NCBI GenBank assembly: GCA_040954595.2
Contig: CM082579.2
Location: 2,472,345 to 2,536,344 of the forward strand
Direction of reading: 5' to 3'
DNA length: 64,000 bases
Source of the DNA: Balanoglossus misakiensis
Lineage: Eukaryota > Animalia > Hemichordata
The position numbers and the translations under genes are program-made. Below, piece after piece: positions 37,510-52,282 of this stretch. The number at the start of each line of letters is the position of its first letter. Within the stretch, counting starts at the first letter, position 1. The notes under the pieces were generated by a model that was given only the letters and a program-made list of their open reading frames with translations, was not told where the DNA came from and did no database searches.

Positions 37510-40500
37510 ATGGGCAAGAAGAAAGTTAAAAGCAGCGCAAAGGGGAGGAAAAGAGGTAAGCTGTTCCCGATCGTCGATACTCACCAGTAGAAAATACTGG
37601 TTACTACGTACGCGCTTACGACCGTTGTACACTCTTTGCGGTTGTCAGGACGTGTCGAGTCTTGTCATCAACACTGTCAAACACGTTCCGTTAGACGTTA
37701 GGACGTAGTAATGGGACTAACTTTAGAGAATTATAAAACATGTGGAACGAAACACAATCGTTGCTACATTTTCGCCAATCAAAGTGGAAAATATGCGAAT
37801 ATTTATTTTCATATATAGCATGTTGATCATGTTGATGACAATAACAATAAATGTCAATGTCAACAACAACATGGACACTAGTCTAGACCGATCAGTATAC
37901 TGATTTGGGTTGTCATAAACCAACGATCCAAAGAAGCTGCTTAGCCTGCCTGGGACCGTTGTATGTTGCATTTGTTCACTGCTAGTGCTGACACCAGGTT
38001 TCGTTTCACTTCATTGAGAGATGATTGCACGTTGTAGTAATGAGTATTCACTGTCCTCTCTCAACTCAGCGCCCAGAGAGGATGTCCAGGCATCAACAAG
38101 TTTGCCTCCTGGCGTTGATGGTCAGCTGAGATGTTTCCTCAGAGTTTCTGTCAGTAAGATCCTATGGATGATTCCAAAGCCACCAGAAGTAACATATGTC
38201 AGGTTAAAGTGGTGGGGTGAACAAAACGAAGGCACTGTTTTCAGGTAATATAAGTAATGCGTTTGTCACATTTTCCGTTTGAACTTTTAATTGCCATTTT
38301 GGAAATTAAAAAAAAATCATCTGATTAATAACAGATCATATGATCTTTTTTTGCAGACCAACAGATATAAAGAATCCTCAGAAAGCACTGAGTAGAACAA
38401 CAACCAGATATGGCATAAGATCTGGACCAAAGCAGTACTCGGCCTACGTTCATGATATCCTTTTTTTACAGTATCAAAATACATGTAAATTGTAACATTA
38501 TGAAGCCATGTAGTTTTAATTCCTTAACTTGCTAACATATGGGACCATTGGTGTTTGAAATTCTTGGAGGGAGCTCCATGAAACTCAGGGGACAAGTTCA
38601 AATACCAAATTTGGGATCACTGATAGCTCCAGGAAAACCTTTGAATGGGTTCTTCACTGTGTATTCTATTGAAGCCCCTGAGAAGAAAATAGCAGATGTG
38701 CACATATCAATGGTGTTCGAACCCCTGATGGGTAAGGTTTCATGTCTCTTATGATCATGGTGTGAAGAACTGAATGTGGCTGTTAAAATCTTTGGAATGA
38801 AGCTTTTATACTGGTTTGCATTCTATAGGTCCCCTGAATGTCATATGCTTCTCCAATGGCCACATTCAGTTAATTGACAGTTTACTGATTTTTGAACTTT
38901 GCAGCATCCTTTGACAGTTCAGGTGGCTCTGTACCAACCACCGACATCAGTCTCGATACCAGGGGCAGCACTGATGTGGAGTCGATGCGTACTTCATCCA
39001 GTGTAGTTCCACAACCATTTCCGCGTTCTCAAGTCACGAGGTCCAATGATGATTTGTTTACTTCACCACAGGCACCAAAGGTAGAACAGAATGCTTTTAT
39101 TTTGTGATTGGTTTTGCATATACTTCCATTCAGATGCACAGGTTTATCATTTTCATTTTGCAATATACACCCACACATCGACCATTTACTTTATCCTTTG
39201 ATTTTAGGAGTTGACAAAACCTGATGGTCGTGTGACCCCAAGAGGTATAGATGATGATTACAGTTTTGTCATTGGACCAGGTGCAATCAAAGACACAGCA
39301 ACTATGGGTGCACCATCACAGATGGTAGACAGAACTACTGTACCTGAGAGAGAGTCTGGTAAGTCGGTGGAAAGACTTTGAACCTGGAGATCACCATGCA
39401 TACTTTCTTGAAAATGTATTCTACATAATACTGCAGTAGTCAACATGCAACATTCAGTCCAGAGCGGGCCTATAATTGCTCTAAAGCTGAATATTTGACT
39501 TTGTGTTTTCTATGCAGGTATTCCACAAATGAGTACATCTGTGAGACAGCCTGTGATCACTACTCATTCAAAAGCAACACATGGAGTGACCCCTGCAGAC
39601 AAACAAGGCAATGATATTCTGTCAACACTACTGGAGAGAGGTACCAAACTGAGAAATGAGATGATCCAGGCCGAATTGGAAACTGATCAGATGACTACAG
39701 ATACTGGAAATGAGGCTGATGTTGTACTGACGAGTAGTGATAAACCGTTATCGAAACACAGGAAAAGGTAAAGATCCCTCTCATTTACATACCGTAATGT
39801 ACCATTTACATGTTTGGCAGTTTTCAACAAGTATTGGTATGGTGGCTTCATACAGAATTTTATCGTCCCATATTTCTTCTCAATTCCTTCAAGAAGAACT
39901 TCATCTGGTGACTTATTCAAAGAGATCCTGGGTACAGAGGATCCAGGAAGTAAACACATCGACACCAATGCTTCTTCTGAAGATATTGACATGGAAGTTC
40001 GAGCTGTGGATTTAGTCATTGGAGACAATTTCACTGACAGAGAGTTAAAGGCGTTAAAAGCTATCCAGGTGAGATTTGAGATTGTAGTCTATAGAGGGCG
40101 CCATCAGTGTCCACAGACCAGTTCATCAAAAGTCAGACGGAATAATGGAACAGAAAATCTAAAATGTTTGTTCATCTTTTTCAGTATGGTGGCTCTCCAG
40201 GTTCCAGTTTCTCTTCAGGACATGACAGCTTCATGAGTGATCCCACAGATCCATTACATGACAGTAGCATTCTGGAAGAGTTATTTTACAATAGAGGAGT
40301 AAGTCAAATCAGTTACCTTAATTTGTCATGTTCACTGTTATTCAGTTTACAAAGCAAAATCCTGCGACAGTTGTATAGACCAGACCCCTCCATGAGGCTT
40401 GATATTTCGACCTTGCATGCAAATCATAGAGTTACCACTTTCCTTTGTTCTATTGCAGGTTTTGACTGACAGTGAGAGTGAATACAGCAGTGATGACGAG

Positions 40501-43500
40501 ACAAGGCCCAGCAGTGGAAGATCTATGTCCGTAGATGACCCTGCAAATATGGTACAATCCATAAACATGCAAATTATTTTATCTGTCTTGGTATCTGTAG
40601 GGATAGTATGGTAGATGCTAGCATTTTGGCAATAAATATTGACTGTACAATCAACATCAGTGTGTTAAAGGTCCTTCTCTAGTAATCCCAACATTGATTT
40701 CCATATGCACTAAGATTTAATATTGGTTCTACCAACAGAGACCACCATCTAGGAGATCATCCATCAGAAGTCTAGACACTCCAGAGAAGGAACCACAACA
40801 GGATGGTGTGAAGTCAAATTTGAGAGGCAGACTCGTTAGTGGAAGTGACAGCGAGTCGGATGCAATGAGTACGTCTAGAGTGTCGTTTGATGGACCACTG
40901 GATGAAGAACATGACGATGAGGACAAGATTGAAGGGCTGAGTGTTGAGAGATTGACTCTACTTGGGAGAGTGCATGTAGCAAGGGTCATGGTTGACACGC
41001 TGAAACTGGACCCAAATGCCGTGCCTTCAACTCCCGTCAAAGGCAAGGGGAAAAAGAAGAGCAAGGGAAAGCCACCAAGACCATCACCGTCCAAATCCAA
41101 GAAATCAGTGTAAGTAACTTGATCATGTTCAGTTATCAAGAGACTGTTGAAGGAAATAAATTACTGTGTTTTGTAGAATCTTTTGAAGTTTATCATCAGT
41201 GAAGTATCGCCCCACAATTAGAATAATAATTTATCTTTGATCTTCATTCTAGTACATACTTTGTGGAGTATCAGTTCCCAGTGGTTGCCACCTCGAGAGA
41301 TAAAGACGAACCGAACACCATGGCAACAGAGGTTATGAGAGTAGCCTCCAAGAAAGTGTCTCAGGATGGAGGTTCGTGGAGATACATCTGTCAAACCCGA
41401 CAATAAAACACAATCTCACCCTTCATTATGCCATCAGTTTGTCAATTATGAACGTATCACATATCATATCATGATTAATTTCAGTGCAAGTGTCTTTTGT
41501 CTTTATGCAGCGGTCACCTTCAACCACAGATCTGTGTTTCCAGTTCTCTTTGATGGCACAGCTGTGGACAAGTGGTGGAAACAGTTGCTGGTCTTCAAAG
41601 TATTCTCCAAGTCAGCAGGACAGAAAACTGTAAGTGTTGCATACATGTAATTGTATTCAGTGTTTAGTCAAACACAGTAAGCTAGCTATAATTACATGGG
41701 ATTCAACCCCATAATAATTTATCCAAGTTATCACATCTAAAAAGAATGTGTTTTTCTTTGCAGCCCACACAACTTGGAGTGTGTAGTCTACCATTGCGTT
41801 CGATACTTGTATCTGACAATCTGACCATAATTGGAGAGTTGAGTGTAAGAGACAAGTCCAAAGCATCATCATCATCCTCAACCTCACACAGCAAATCCTC
41901 TCTCTCAGGTGACCTCCCATCAGACTCTGATGTGCCAAAGGACAAATCTTCGTATCCTTATGTTGGAGGACTGAATGTAAGTTGTTGTGTTGTGACATGT
42001 TGTGTATATAATGTTCAGTGTTTGTGTTTGTGTGTCTCCAGTATTTCCTGACATCAACAATGAAAACCCGGGAATATCCCACTGAATTTAAATCTCAACA
42101 TTTGTCCAAATTTCCACAGGTCTCAATTGAACTGGCGTCCGACAGCAAGGATTTCCCGATGGCGTTGGCCAAGACCAAGGTGGCAGAAATGAAGGGCGCC
42201 ACCATCATACCCTTGCCATACCATCAACCAAAGAAGCCACCACCTGTTGCACCAGGGACATCGGAAACAGACGGCAGTTCAGCACAGGCAACGCAGACTG
42301 GGCCAGTGACTGCAAACCTGGATGATCTACCAGTGAGATCTGATGCAGAGAGCAGGGAAAGGCACCAACCTTTGCAGCCAATCAGAACAGTGCCTGGAAT
42401 ACCAGCCAAGGAGCAGGTCTCAAGACCAGCTGTCCACTCGGCCATGGAACAACCAAAAGTGCCTGAATATGAGGTCAGTGTGACGTGACATTAATAATAT
42501 AAAACCATTTTGTAAGTGAGTTATATTGAGTAATATGTGCACACATAGATACATTGGTCTTTTTGTATGATCACAAGCACAGATGCATAACCTGTTGCGT
42601 TGTCTTAAGTTAAAGTGAATCTAAAGATTTTCTACATGTGTGTCTTTTGTCTGTAGCCTTTAACATTGCACTCATTACTGATGATACCAGAAGGTCGCAG
42701 TATTACACTGTATGGTGTACCAACAGCCAAAACAAGCAGTAAAACACCACAAGTAGCACCTAAACCATTACCTGGGGTGGGAATTGCAGGTAAAGATGTC
42801 AATTACAAATATTACCAGTCTTCCAGTGTAACAATGGTTCTCAAAATGTTAGTTGTAATCCTTCTGCCAGAATAGATTGTAGAGCTTACATTTACATACA
42901 TGTAAACTATGCGACCCTTTTCAACGTTTTCGTATGTTTTGTTACTAGGGAGAGATTTGACTGTACGTAACACATATTTAGTATGCCGTATGTTTTGGTG
43001 TGATGATGTAGTTCGGTCTGGTGTCTCGTGGGGAACTTCTGAACCAAACTACGATTTCATTCAGGTTTGTATGACATTTTACACAATGAGCATTTAGCCA
43101 TTTTTGTATGATAATGTCTGGTAATATGATGCACATAATTTCTAAGCTTTGGCAAATGCACATAGTGAATGACACAAAATAACTGGCCCTTGACTCACGT
43201 CTGTAACTTACAGGTTGCCCCAGTTCTGGTGACCAGTGCACTGTTGGAGAGAACCAGAAGTAATTTCATGGTGATTGAAGTGTGGGACAAGAAGACTTCA
43301 GCAGAGAATGATCAGGTAAAATCTCAGAATATTATAAAAGGAAGTGATTAAGGCAATTTGATTCCTGAAATTTTGAGAGTATGAACCTGTATTTTGCTTT
43401 TGTTGTAGTTGGTTGGAATTGTGAAGATATCGCTGCATCAGTTCTACATGTCGTTCAGAGACAGAAAGATTGCCAATACATTACTCAGATCACAGGTAAG

Positions 43501-46500
43501 AAAATAAACATAAAGACAAACTTTTCAGCTTTATTTAATTCTAATTACAGACACTCTGAATGGAATTTATCTTATTCTGATCCTGGTAATAGTAAATCTG
43601 ATATTAATATATTTTCATGTTTAATTCAATACCCCATAGTTCCCGGTTGTTGCTGTTGATAATTTTGTACCAATCGTGAATCCATTTTCTGGTACTCAGT
43701 ATGGTCAACTGAAAGTTGTACTGGCACTAGGATCAACAGAACAGGTGAGAACACTACATGTATTTGAAAATAATAAAATTTGAAATCATTGTAAATTTAA
43801 TAATAGCAGGTAAACTTTTGAGTCTTGACATTATCTTCAATATTGACGTCCTTTCTCCTCATATCACTTTTCAGTAATTTGGGTTGGGCTCTTGTTACAC
43901 ACTGACTTATGGCATTTTTATGATTTGTACAGATATCAGCCCTTCAGAGGATAAAACTAGACAAAGAGATTGGAGCTGTCAGAGCTGAAAGACCAGAACA
44001 GTACCTAGAAAGGTAAAGAAAACATCACAGTTGTATTTGTTTCAAATTCTACTCACAAAGACTTCTGTATTTACATGTAGCTTTTTGTTATGTTTTCATC
44101 CCTACAGAGGAGACATAGCAGACGACAGAGAAAGAGAAACCAGACAGTCCGGTGAAGGTGATACATTAGGTAAGAACTTATATTTATCTGTTCTCAAGCT
44201 CTTTAAAGTCATGGTTATTACCTTCCATCCCGTGTTTAATACATCTTATATTGCCTAATTCTTCAGTTGAACACACATTTGAAGTGATGGTTGAAGGCAT
44301 CCGAGGTCTGCCACAGTTAGAGGATGCAGTGTGGGGAGAAGCTGACTGTTTTATTCAATATCACTTCCCAACACAGCAACAGGAGTCACAATCAGGACCT
44401 ACATTCTCACAAGGTAATACAATATTTTTATATCCAAGAGTAAGGAGTTCCTAACAACAAAATTCTTCTGATTTCTGTGTTCTGTATTTTATCTGTTACC
44501 ACGTAGACTGCTGTGACTTTTTATACTTTTGTGGGCATGGAGAATGATTTTAGATATGGTTATATAATTTACAGGCACATCAACAGTGACACCTCACAGG
44601 ACAGCCACCACACTGTGTGTACCAGATCCAACATTCCATGATGTGACCAGACACAGACTTGTTCTGCCCCAGGGCTTGCCAGTGCAGAGAGAACTGCTCA
44701 CAGGTAAAAGTTACTGCTTGCATTGTTAACCATTGGATGGTGTGGGTCAACTCTTCCTATATTGTGACTAAGAAACAGAATTTACTCCACATTATTTATC
44801 GTGACGTACAACCAATGATGAACTTTGGACTTTATTATGTACAGCATGTGCAGGAGTCGGAGGAGGGGCTGGAGGCATCCCATATGAAGTCTGGTGTCGA
44901 TACTATTATCCCAATATAAGAGATCAGGTTATTGCAAAAGTAAGTTACATGTATGTAATGATATCGTGGATATCTCCTCGATTTGTCTCATTTTCAAAGC
45001 ACCTTCCATGTAATGCAATGACAAAATAGGATCTGCCATAGGTTTGTCACCATACTCACTCAAGCCACAATGTATATTTCTGTGTACAGGGACTGCTGCC
45101 TCTAGCCAAGCTGTGCGCCATGGTAACCATGCAGAAGAGAGGAGAACCCAGTGTACAGACGTTCTCTCTTCCCCTGACGATGCAGATGGTTGCCGGCGGT
45201 AGTGAACGAGACCCAGAACAAAAAGCGAAGGTAAAGATGAAGATAATCTTGAAATATAAAATTGAAATATCAAAGTATTCGTTCTATGATATGCTAGATA
45301 ATGCTATGTCCACACTCTATTTGGCACATGGAAAAACACACTGATCATGATATTTCTATTGAACTGTTCAGCTGAAGGATGGTGGTCTGCTCGATGTGAC
45401 AATCAACTACAAGACCTCCATCATACCAAACCTGACCTCCACACACCAGACTGGTTTGGCCAGCAAGATGACAGGAGCACAAGTGTGTGTATCAATCGGA
45501 GTCCTGAGGGCTTGTGGTTTGAAGGTAAGATGAAGACTAAGTTGCAGTCTTTTGGTATTTGTTTTGTACTAGTTCATACTCTGCCTGGTGTCACATTAGT
45601 GACCAGGGCTCTTTTCACACACAGTTTCTATATGTAAAAGAGCAGAATTATTAACTAGTGTAATTCTTGAATTGACAGGCTGCAGCTACAGTACTTGCCA
45701 GACATGATGCTGGAATGCAGTATGCATCAGAGGTCGGAGTCAACGCCTATGTCAAAGTAGACCTGTCGTTCTTGACAAAAGAGGTATGTGTATTTTCATT
45801 CATTCTTTCAGATAAAAACAAAAACACTTTTATAACCAACATTTCAACAACAAAACAACATTATGGTAAAATCACCTTGTCCATATTCTTGATTCAATTC
45901 CACCCATCACTGGTACATTTCCAGGATCAGAGAATCACCAGAACCGTGGCCAGGACATTTGCACCGGATTTCTCCTACCACATGGATTTTCCGTGCCCAT
46001 TGCTGTGGAGTGAGGCACATAATGACGTCCTCAGTCTAGCTGAGTTACTAGAAACTGCAGAGGTGACTTTCCAGGTCTGGCATCAAGTACCAGGCTTTAG
46101 ACCAGGTAATTTGTAAAAACACTTTTGTGGTTATCTTAGTATAGTAGCATTTTTTCTTCCAGCGTCAACTTTCTTATCAGAACTGCACACAGCAACCATG
46201 AACATCAAACGTTTTGTTTACTTTCCAGAACAAGATGTCAGACACATCGACATCGGCACAGAGCAGTCCAAGATGACGGGTAGAAAGCTGTTTGGTAGCA
46301 CTGGTGATGTGTTGCTGGGATCAACTACCATTCCGTTGGAAGCTCTACTCACCCACAAAACAGGTTAGACACAAAGCTGTATAGTACAATATGCAATATC
46401 AGATGTGACATATGTTGTAACTTGATCTAGTGATCGAATAAAGTAAAATCACTCTAACATTCAACCTACCGAAGCCATAGACAGTCTTGATTCCACTGTC

Positions 46501-49500
46501 TATACCAAAGCATGACAGTCACATTTTTTTTCATCATGGTTGATAACACAGGTATAAAAGGCTGGTATCCTCTGAACATTCCGAATGTCGGCTGGGACAG
46601 TGCCACGCCCAAAGAATCCTCCTCAAAGGGAAATCCAAGCGCCAGTCAGATCTACAGCAGCAAGGGTCTGGAGAGAGTTGCTGGCGGTGTTGAGATAGCA
46701 ATCAAGTTTGCACATCATGATGATCGAGACAGGGTGATCCATGCTGCTAGAGGAGTTGGATGGTCTCCAGATATGGATATAGAGGATTTTGATGATTTCA
46801 TGGATGAGAAAGGTACAGTATGAATTATAAATGACTTGAGAAACGATGCATCTCACTCCGGGAAGGTGATAAAATATTGATGTGTTGTCTTTAAAATCTT
46901 TTCAACCCACAGATGACGGTTCAACTGACTTTCAGTCAGAAGTTTCCATCAATCTGGACACAGCCTGGTTTCCCTTGAAGTCTGCATTGGTCAGTGGTCA
47001 AACACAGTTGGACAAATACACCAAAGCCTATGTCAGATATAAGTTCTATGATAGAGGTATGGAAATGTACTGAGGTTTACATGTACATATGTTTATACAT
47101 GTACTTATTTTAGAATGTTAGTGTTATTATTTATTCTTCTACCACAATTGTATTCTTGGGTTTTCAGTGTGTATAAGTTCATAAGTATTATGCGCTGTGA
47201 AATTATTTTACATGCCATATAACTATTTTTTTTTGTCCATTTCAGCTGCCCTCTGCTCCAAACTGTGCTATTTAGACACCAATGAAGATGATTACATAGC
47301 TGCTGATTTGAAACATTCTCACAACTTTTACTGTCAACCAACTCAGCCTTTCTCATGGTAGGTGATATATCTTCACAATAAACTCCATACAACATAGTTT
47401 TAGTTACATTGATTTCTGTCTTCAGTGCGACGTTTGACTATTACAGGTAGCATATAACACTGACTTGTAAGTTTTCTTTGTATGTATTCTGTGCACAGGT
47501 ACCTTAGGGAAGAAAGACTTGAAGTACAATTATGGGTCAGCTACAATGCAGACCCATCTGGCAAGAAAGATGCCAGACCAAGGCATCGGGATAAACTCAT
47601 TGGCTGCAGCTACATAGATATGACTGCATTGGCTGATAAGAGAAGACATCATCATAGGATAAGGTAGCCACTGAAGTTATTTCAACTTTCACTTCAAATG
47701 CGGTCGTGATTGCTAACATTATGGGATTGTACAGAATGACAAAAACTTTGGCAATGGAAGTACTTTATTCGTTTCATCTTGTCTTGTTTTTCCAGTGGTT
47801 TGTATCCGTTGTTTAAACCGGGATCTGTGGACATGGGCGGGGCCTGTATGAGGGTTCACATCAGCATGAAACCACACTCAGGGAGATACGATCCATCAAG
47901 GGTAAGGAAAATATTCAACAACTGTGAATTTTGCAGTATGAAAATAAGGGAGGAATAGGCTGTTTGGATGAAATGTTTCTCATAATAAAACAAATACCAT
48001 TCTGTTTTCTACGTGTGGCCACATTTCACGAACATCATTGTGTATTGTATAAGAGAAAGAAGAGTATCCTTTATCTTTTACCAGGATGAAGAAGACGAGA
48101 TACAGATGAGTATCCATAGCAACAGTGTACACGGGAGAAGAGGACAGCGCATCAGCAGTGGTGAAGTTGCTGGATCCATGCGAGAGGAGTTGACGTCGGA
48201 AGAGATTGCAGCAAGAGAGAGGGAGATGGAAATTGAAAGAGAGAGAAAGAGACAAGAGGAAGAAGAGAGGGAGAGGAGGCGACCCATTGGTATGAAGATT
48301 TCTGTGGAAAGAGCCATGCATTTGCCACATGTAACAGATATGGGAAGGTGAGATTTTCATAATAATAAAATATGTAAGATTGAGTAAAGGTTTCAGAAGT
48401 ACATGTAGGTGTATAATTTACAGGTGATGTGGGTACAGCTCCTCATAACCAAATCTATGCAATTTTTTACACAGGTCTCAAGGGTGCAATCCAAACTGTT
48501 ATGTAACATACCAGACGGGAGATGATCTGATTCACACATCAGTGGTGGAAAGCAATGCTTGCCCTGTATGGGAACATGCAGAAGAGAGAAAACTAAGCAG
48601 AAATGACATTGAAAATAATGTAAGCCTTTTAAATATTTCTGTTGAAAGTATTGGAATAGGTCTGTCAGTATTGTAAATATTTTGTTTTACTCTGTGTCTA
48701 TCTTATGTCCATGCATGTATCCTTGTAATGGTCAAAATACTGTAATAAAAATTTGATCATATCGTCTGATATTTTAATCTTTCATTTGCAGAGTTTGGTG
48801 TTCAAAGTTTGGCACAGGTCATCCAGCAAGTTGAAGAGCCAAAGCCCAGGTATGAGAATGCACACGTGGTCTGACATTCCAAGCCTAGTGCCTGGATTCA
48901 CTCTTTTGAGTTACACTTGTGTGGTGAGTGTATGACATTCCTTGACATTCAATCCATAGTTCGTAACTCCATGACTTCCTTATTTGTGATTTCAGACAAG
49001 ACAAGTGACAGAGTCTTGGGTTTTGTCTCCGTTGACCTGGCACCGCTGCTGGCAGGACTAAAACAGATATGTGGTTGGTACAACATCATGGATTTCACAG
49101 GTCAATGCCAAGGTCAAATCAAGGTACAGTAGAGTACTGAAAATTATCATCTTTACGAATTGCACATTTTTGGGCATTGCACTCTTTGAGAGCAAGGAAG
49201 CTCTTGATCTTGCAGGTTTTAGAAACTCACATACATAATACTGGGATCTGCTATCAAAAGTACACTGTGATACCAAGTATATGGCTTCCCTGTGGATCAT
49301 GCAGAATCATTGAATATAACAACTTTAAATATTTTTATTTCCTGATTACAGGTTGGCATATTGCCTTTAGAAAGTGTGTCACCTTTAAAGAAGAGAGAGA
49401 AACCAATCAGTGTGCCGGTAAGTAACTGACAGTATACCACATGTATATTTGAATGATAAAACTGAACTCTGATGTGTCTTTGCTGTATGACTTGAACTGA

Positions 49501-52037
49501 CATCTGCCTGTCTCGAAAAAATTGCAGTCGTCTCCAAGCACTTCTGCTAAATTTTCCACAAGTGCACGTTATGCAACATTCCCAAGCCATTTGGTGCAGT
49601 ACCCGGAGCAGGCGGTCAGGATGGAGACCACGGAGCACAAACCCCCAGGACATTTCAAAGAACACTTCAATAATGTCAAGCGTTACCATGAGAACCTGCA
49701 GGAGCAGCGAAGAGAACACCGCCGAGAGTGGAAAGAGAGAGAGAACGGTGATGAGATTCATCCTGCACCGGCCACCGGACTGGTGGCAGACTCGGCCTTG
49801 TCAACATCATTCTTGTTGTCAAATTTGAGGTAAGAATGAGAGAGTGAAACAATCTCTGCGTTACAGCCAGGAGTGGAAATTTAGCTCCAAGAAACAAGCA
49901 GAAATATTGGAACAAATGTACAGTTTGATGGTCAGGCAAAGTTACTAATATTTGATGTAATGCACATTTTAGTTCAGTCTCCCATGTTGTGACACATTCT
50001 TTTTTTTTTTACATGTATTATTTCAACCTGCAGGAAACAAATGCAAGACTTGGATGACATGCAGAGAACAATGCAAGAGAAGCTGAAAAGCTATGGTGAC
50101 CCTTCACCTTCGACCTCTGAACTCTCCCATCACCCCAGCAGCAGCAGTGGTGTCAATCGTGGCAACATCCTGCAAGGCGCCAGTTCACTTCCATCCAACC
50201 AAGACACTGTACAGCGGGAACTTCGAGAAAGGCCCCCACATGGTAGTTCCACTCTGCTCTCACACACCCTGCCTCAAGGTGATGTACCCCCGCCAGACAT
50301 CGCAGAGTCTGATCAGAAGGGCTTGCGTCCGTCATCCTATTCCAATGAAGATGCAGAAAATCTCAACGACAGTGTTCCATTCAGCGAAGAGGACGGTGAC
50401 AGTGAAGACACCGACGGCGGCGGTGATATGGTTATACCCAGAGCGCTCAATGACATCTCCTCTCCAGACTTCAGTAACTTCTTGCCAGAATATTCCAGAG
50501 ACAGACAGGCAGGTTTAGGGGGGACGTTCTCCAAACTCAGTCAGGTGCCGAGATTCGATGCAGTGGAGGAGACGCCATTGGATGACACTTTGTTTGATGG
50601 ACTGAATTTGCCAAAGGATGGTGGACACCGAGACGGAAGGGATGGAGATATCTCTCCCTGGTCGACGCCCACGGGTGATGAATCTCCTACCAGGGTTTCA
50701 GATCAGCTGTCTTCCAGGGATGGAATCGTTGGCGATGACGATGATGGAGTTTCAGAAAGGAGCCCTCGGTTGTCTGTTTCCCATGACGATGAGCCTGGGA
50801 GCGAGGATGACCACAGGGTGACAGAACAGCATGATGGAAGAAGTGAACAGGACGGCTATGCAGGGGATCTGGACGACAGCCAACAGGATGTTGTGGCAAG
50901 CCCAGATGTACAAGTGTCGACACATGCTGCTGGGCAAGAAGATGATAGGCCATTGCATACAGATGCACAACAAACTGAGGACCAACTGCCTAGTGGCTCA
51001 AGAGAGGGAGTTCATGAACACAGACAGTCATCAGATGATATATCCGGTGAAGAGATTGTATTCCGGCCGAGGCAGAGTTCACAGGACAGTGAGTCTGAGG
51101 AAAGGGAAGCCCCGGAACAAGACGGCCAAGATGGCGACTGTGACAGTCATCCGGAATCGGGATCACATCAAGATCCGACCCACACTGAGAGTAAAAGCAC
51201 AGACAGCAATGATGCTGTGTCAAGTGGAAATGGCAGCAAACAGTCTGAGAGTGAAGACTCTGTTGTGATCACACTAGATGCAGAGCAAGCTGAAAGGCAA
51301 GAGGAAACTCGTCAGGCTAAAGAAGAACCACAACAGTATCCTTTAATGACATAAATGCACTGGATTGAATTCAAATGATATCATTCTATTGTAATAATCT
51401 GAAGGAAAAAATCAAACACCAGGCAACACAAAGTGAACAATAATAACATGTAGGTAGCTTGTTTCTCTTAACATAACTGCACTCAGACCAACAACATCAA
51501 TCAGTGGGAACACTGAAGTTCCAAATTTCTTCCTACCACCTCAAGACTTGGAAGCCTCTATGAGAGCCCTACGTATGGCAACAGCTCTCTACCCAAAATC
51601 AGAAGCCAGGATACCAGCCTCAGATGAGGTAAGCGTCAAGCTAATAAATCATGCTGTGGCAGTTTGAACGGAGCCTATAAATTTCAAAATTCTTCCAAGG
51701 CGTTTATATTGCAATGTGCCAAATTGTATTGGGATAGATGGTTATAATTATTGATTTTCTACTGTTTTCATGACTTAGAAAATGGCCGCTCTACATTCAC
51801 ATATGGTATAATATGGTCTTTCTTTCTTTTCCCATTTAGAGTGATGAAAGATCACAATACAAGTCGCAAACCAGACGGGAATACTCAGAAAGAGTTGGAA
51901 CTGCAGCTGGCTATGGGAAAGAAAACGATGTACCCAGCATGTCCAGTGCCAGACAGGGTGCCAGACCGATGCCTACAGCTGAACAAACCAAAAGAATTGC
52001 CAAAATATTTTCTTCCAGATTTTCTGCAAAAGAATAG
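37510..52037 (+). CDS. C2CD3: C2 domain-containing protein 3 (centriole/cilia protein), multi-exon
   Basis: The N-terminus [15 protein letters not shown] is spliced to [26 protein letters not shown]. Internal signatures include [89 protein letters not shown]. The C-terminus has [16 protein letters not shown] and [10 protein letters not shown]; stop TAG at 52035-52037. Confidence 0.95.
38455..38536 (+). other. U12-type (minor spliceosome) AT-AC intron in C2CD3
   Basis: 5' site ATATCCTTT, branch point TTCCTTAAC about 8 nt before the terminal AC. Removal joins SAYVH-D-MGPLVFE in frame. Confidence 0.93.
51336..51486 (+). other. U12-type GT-AG intron in C2CD3
   Basis: 5' site GTATCCTTT, branch point TTCTCTTAAC about 14 nt before CAG, no long polypyrimidine tract. 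Removal joins the long acidic exon 50034-51335 in frame to the conserved VPNFFLPP exon. Confidence 0.88.
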
Positions 52038-52282
52038 ACTGTCTCTCAAGTACTTATAATTTCCAAGAAAATTACCGAAAAATTTATCCAACCAGTAATC
52101 TATGGGTGGGTTAGTAAGTAACTACGCAGATAGGTAGTTACATGTAGGTACATGTAAGTAATATTTCTAAATTGATTGAATCAGAGTTGAAAATTCTGGT
52201 GTCACAGAAGTGGTGATGTGTATTTATTGCTTTGTGGTGATACAGAAAGAATCTCAGCCAGATACTGTTCTTGCTGACAACT

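Noticed and set aside
48064-48072. GTATCCTTT, a perfect U12 donor sequence, inside C2CD3
   Set aside because: It lies about 20 nt before a normal acceptor (48084) in an intron that already has an in-frame GTAAGG donor near 47902; no exon ends here.
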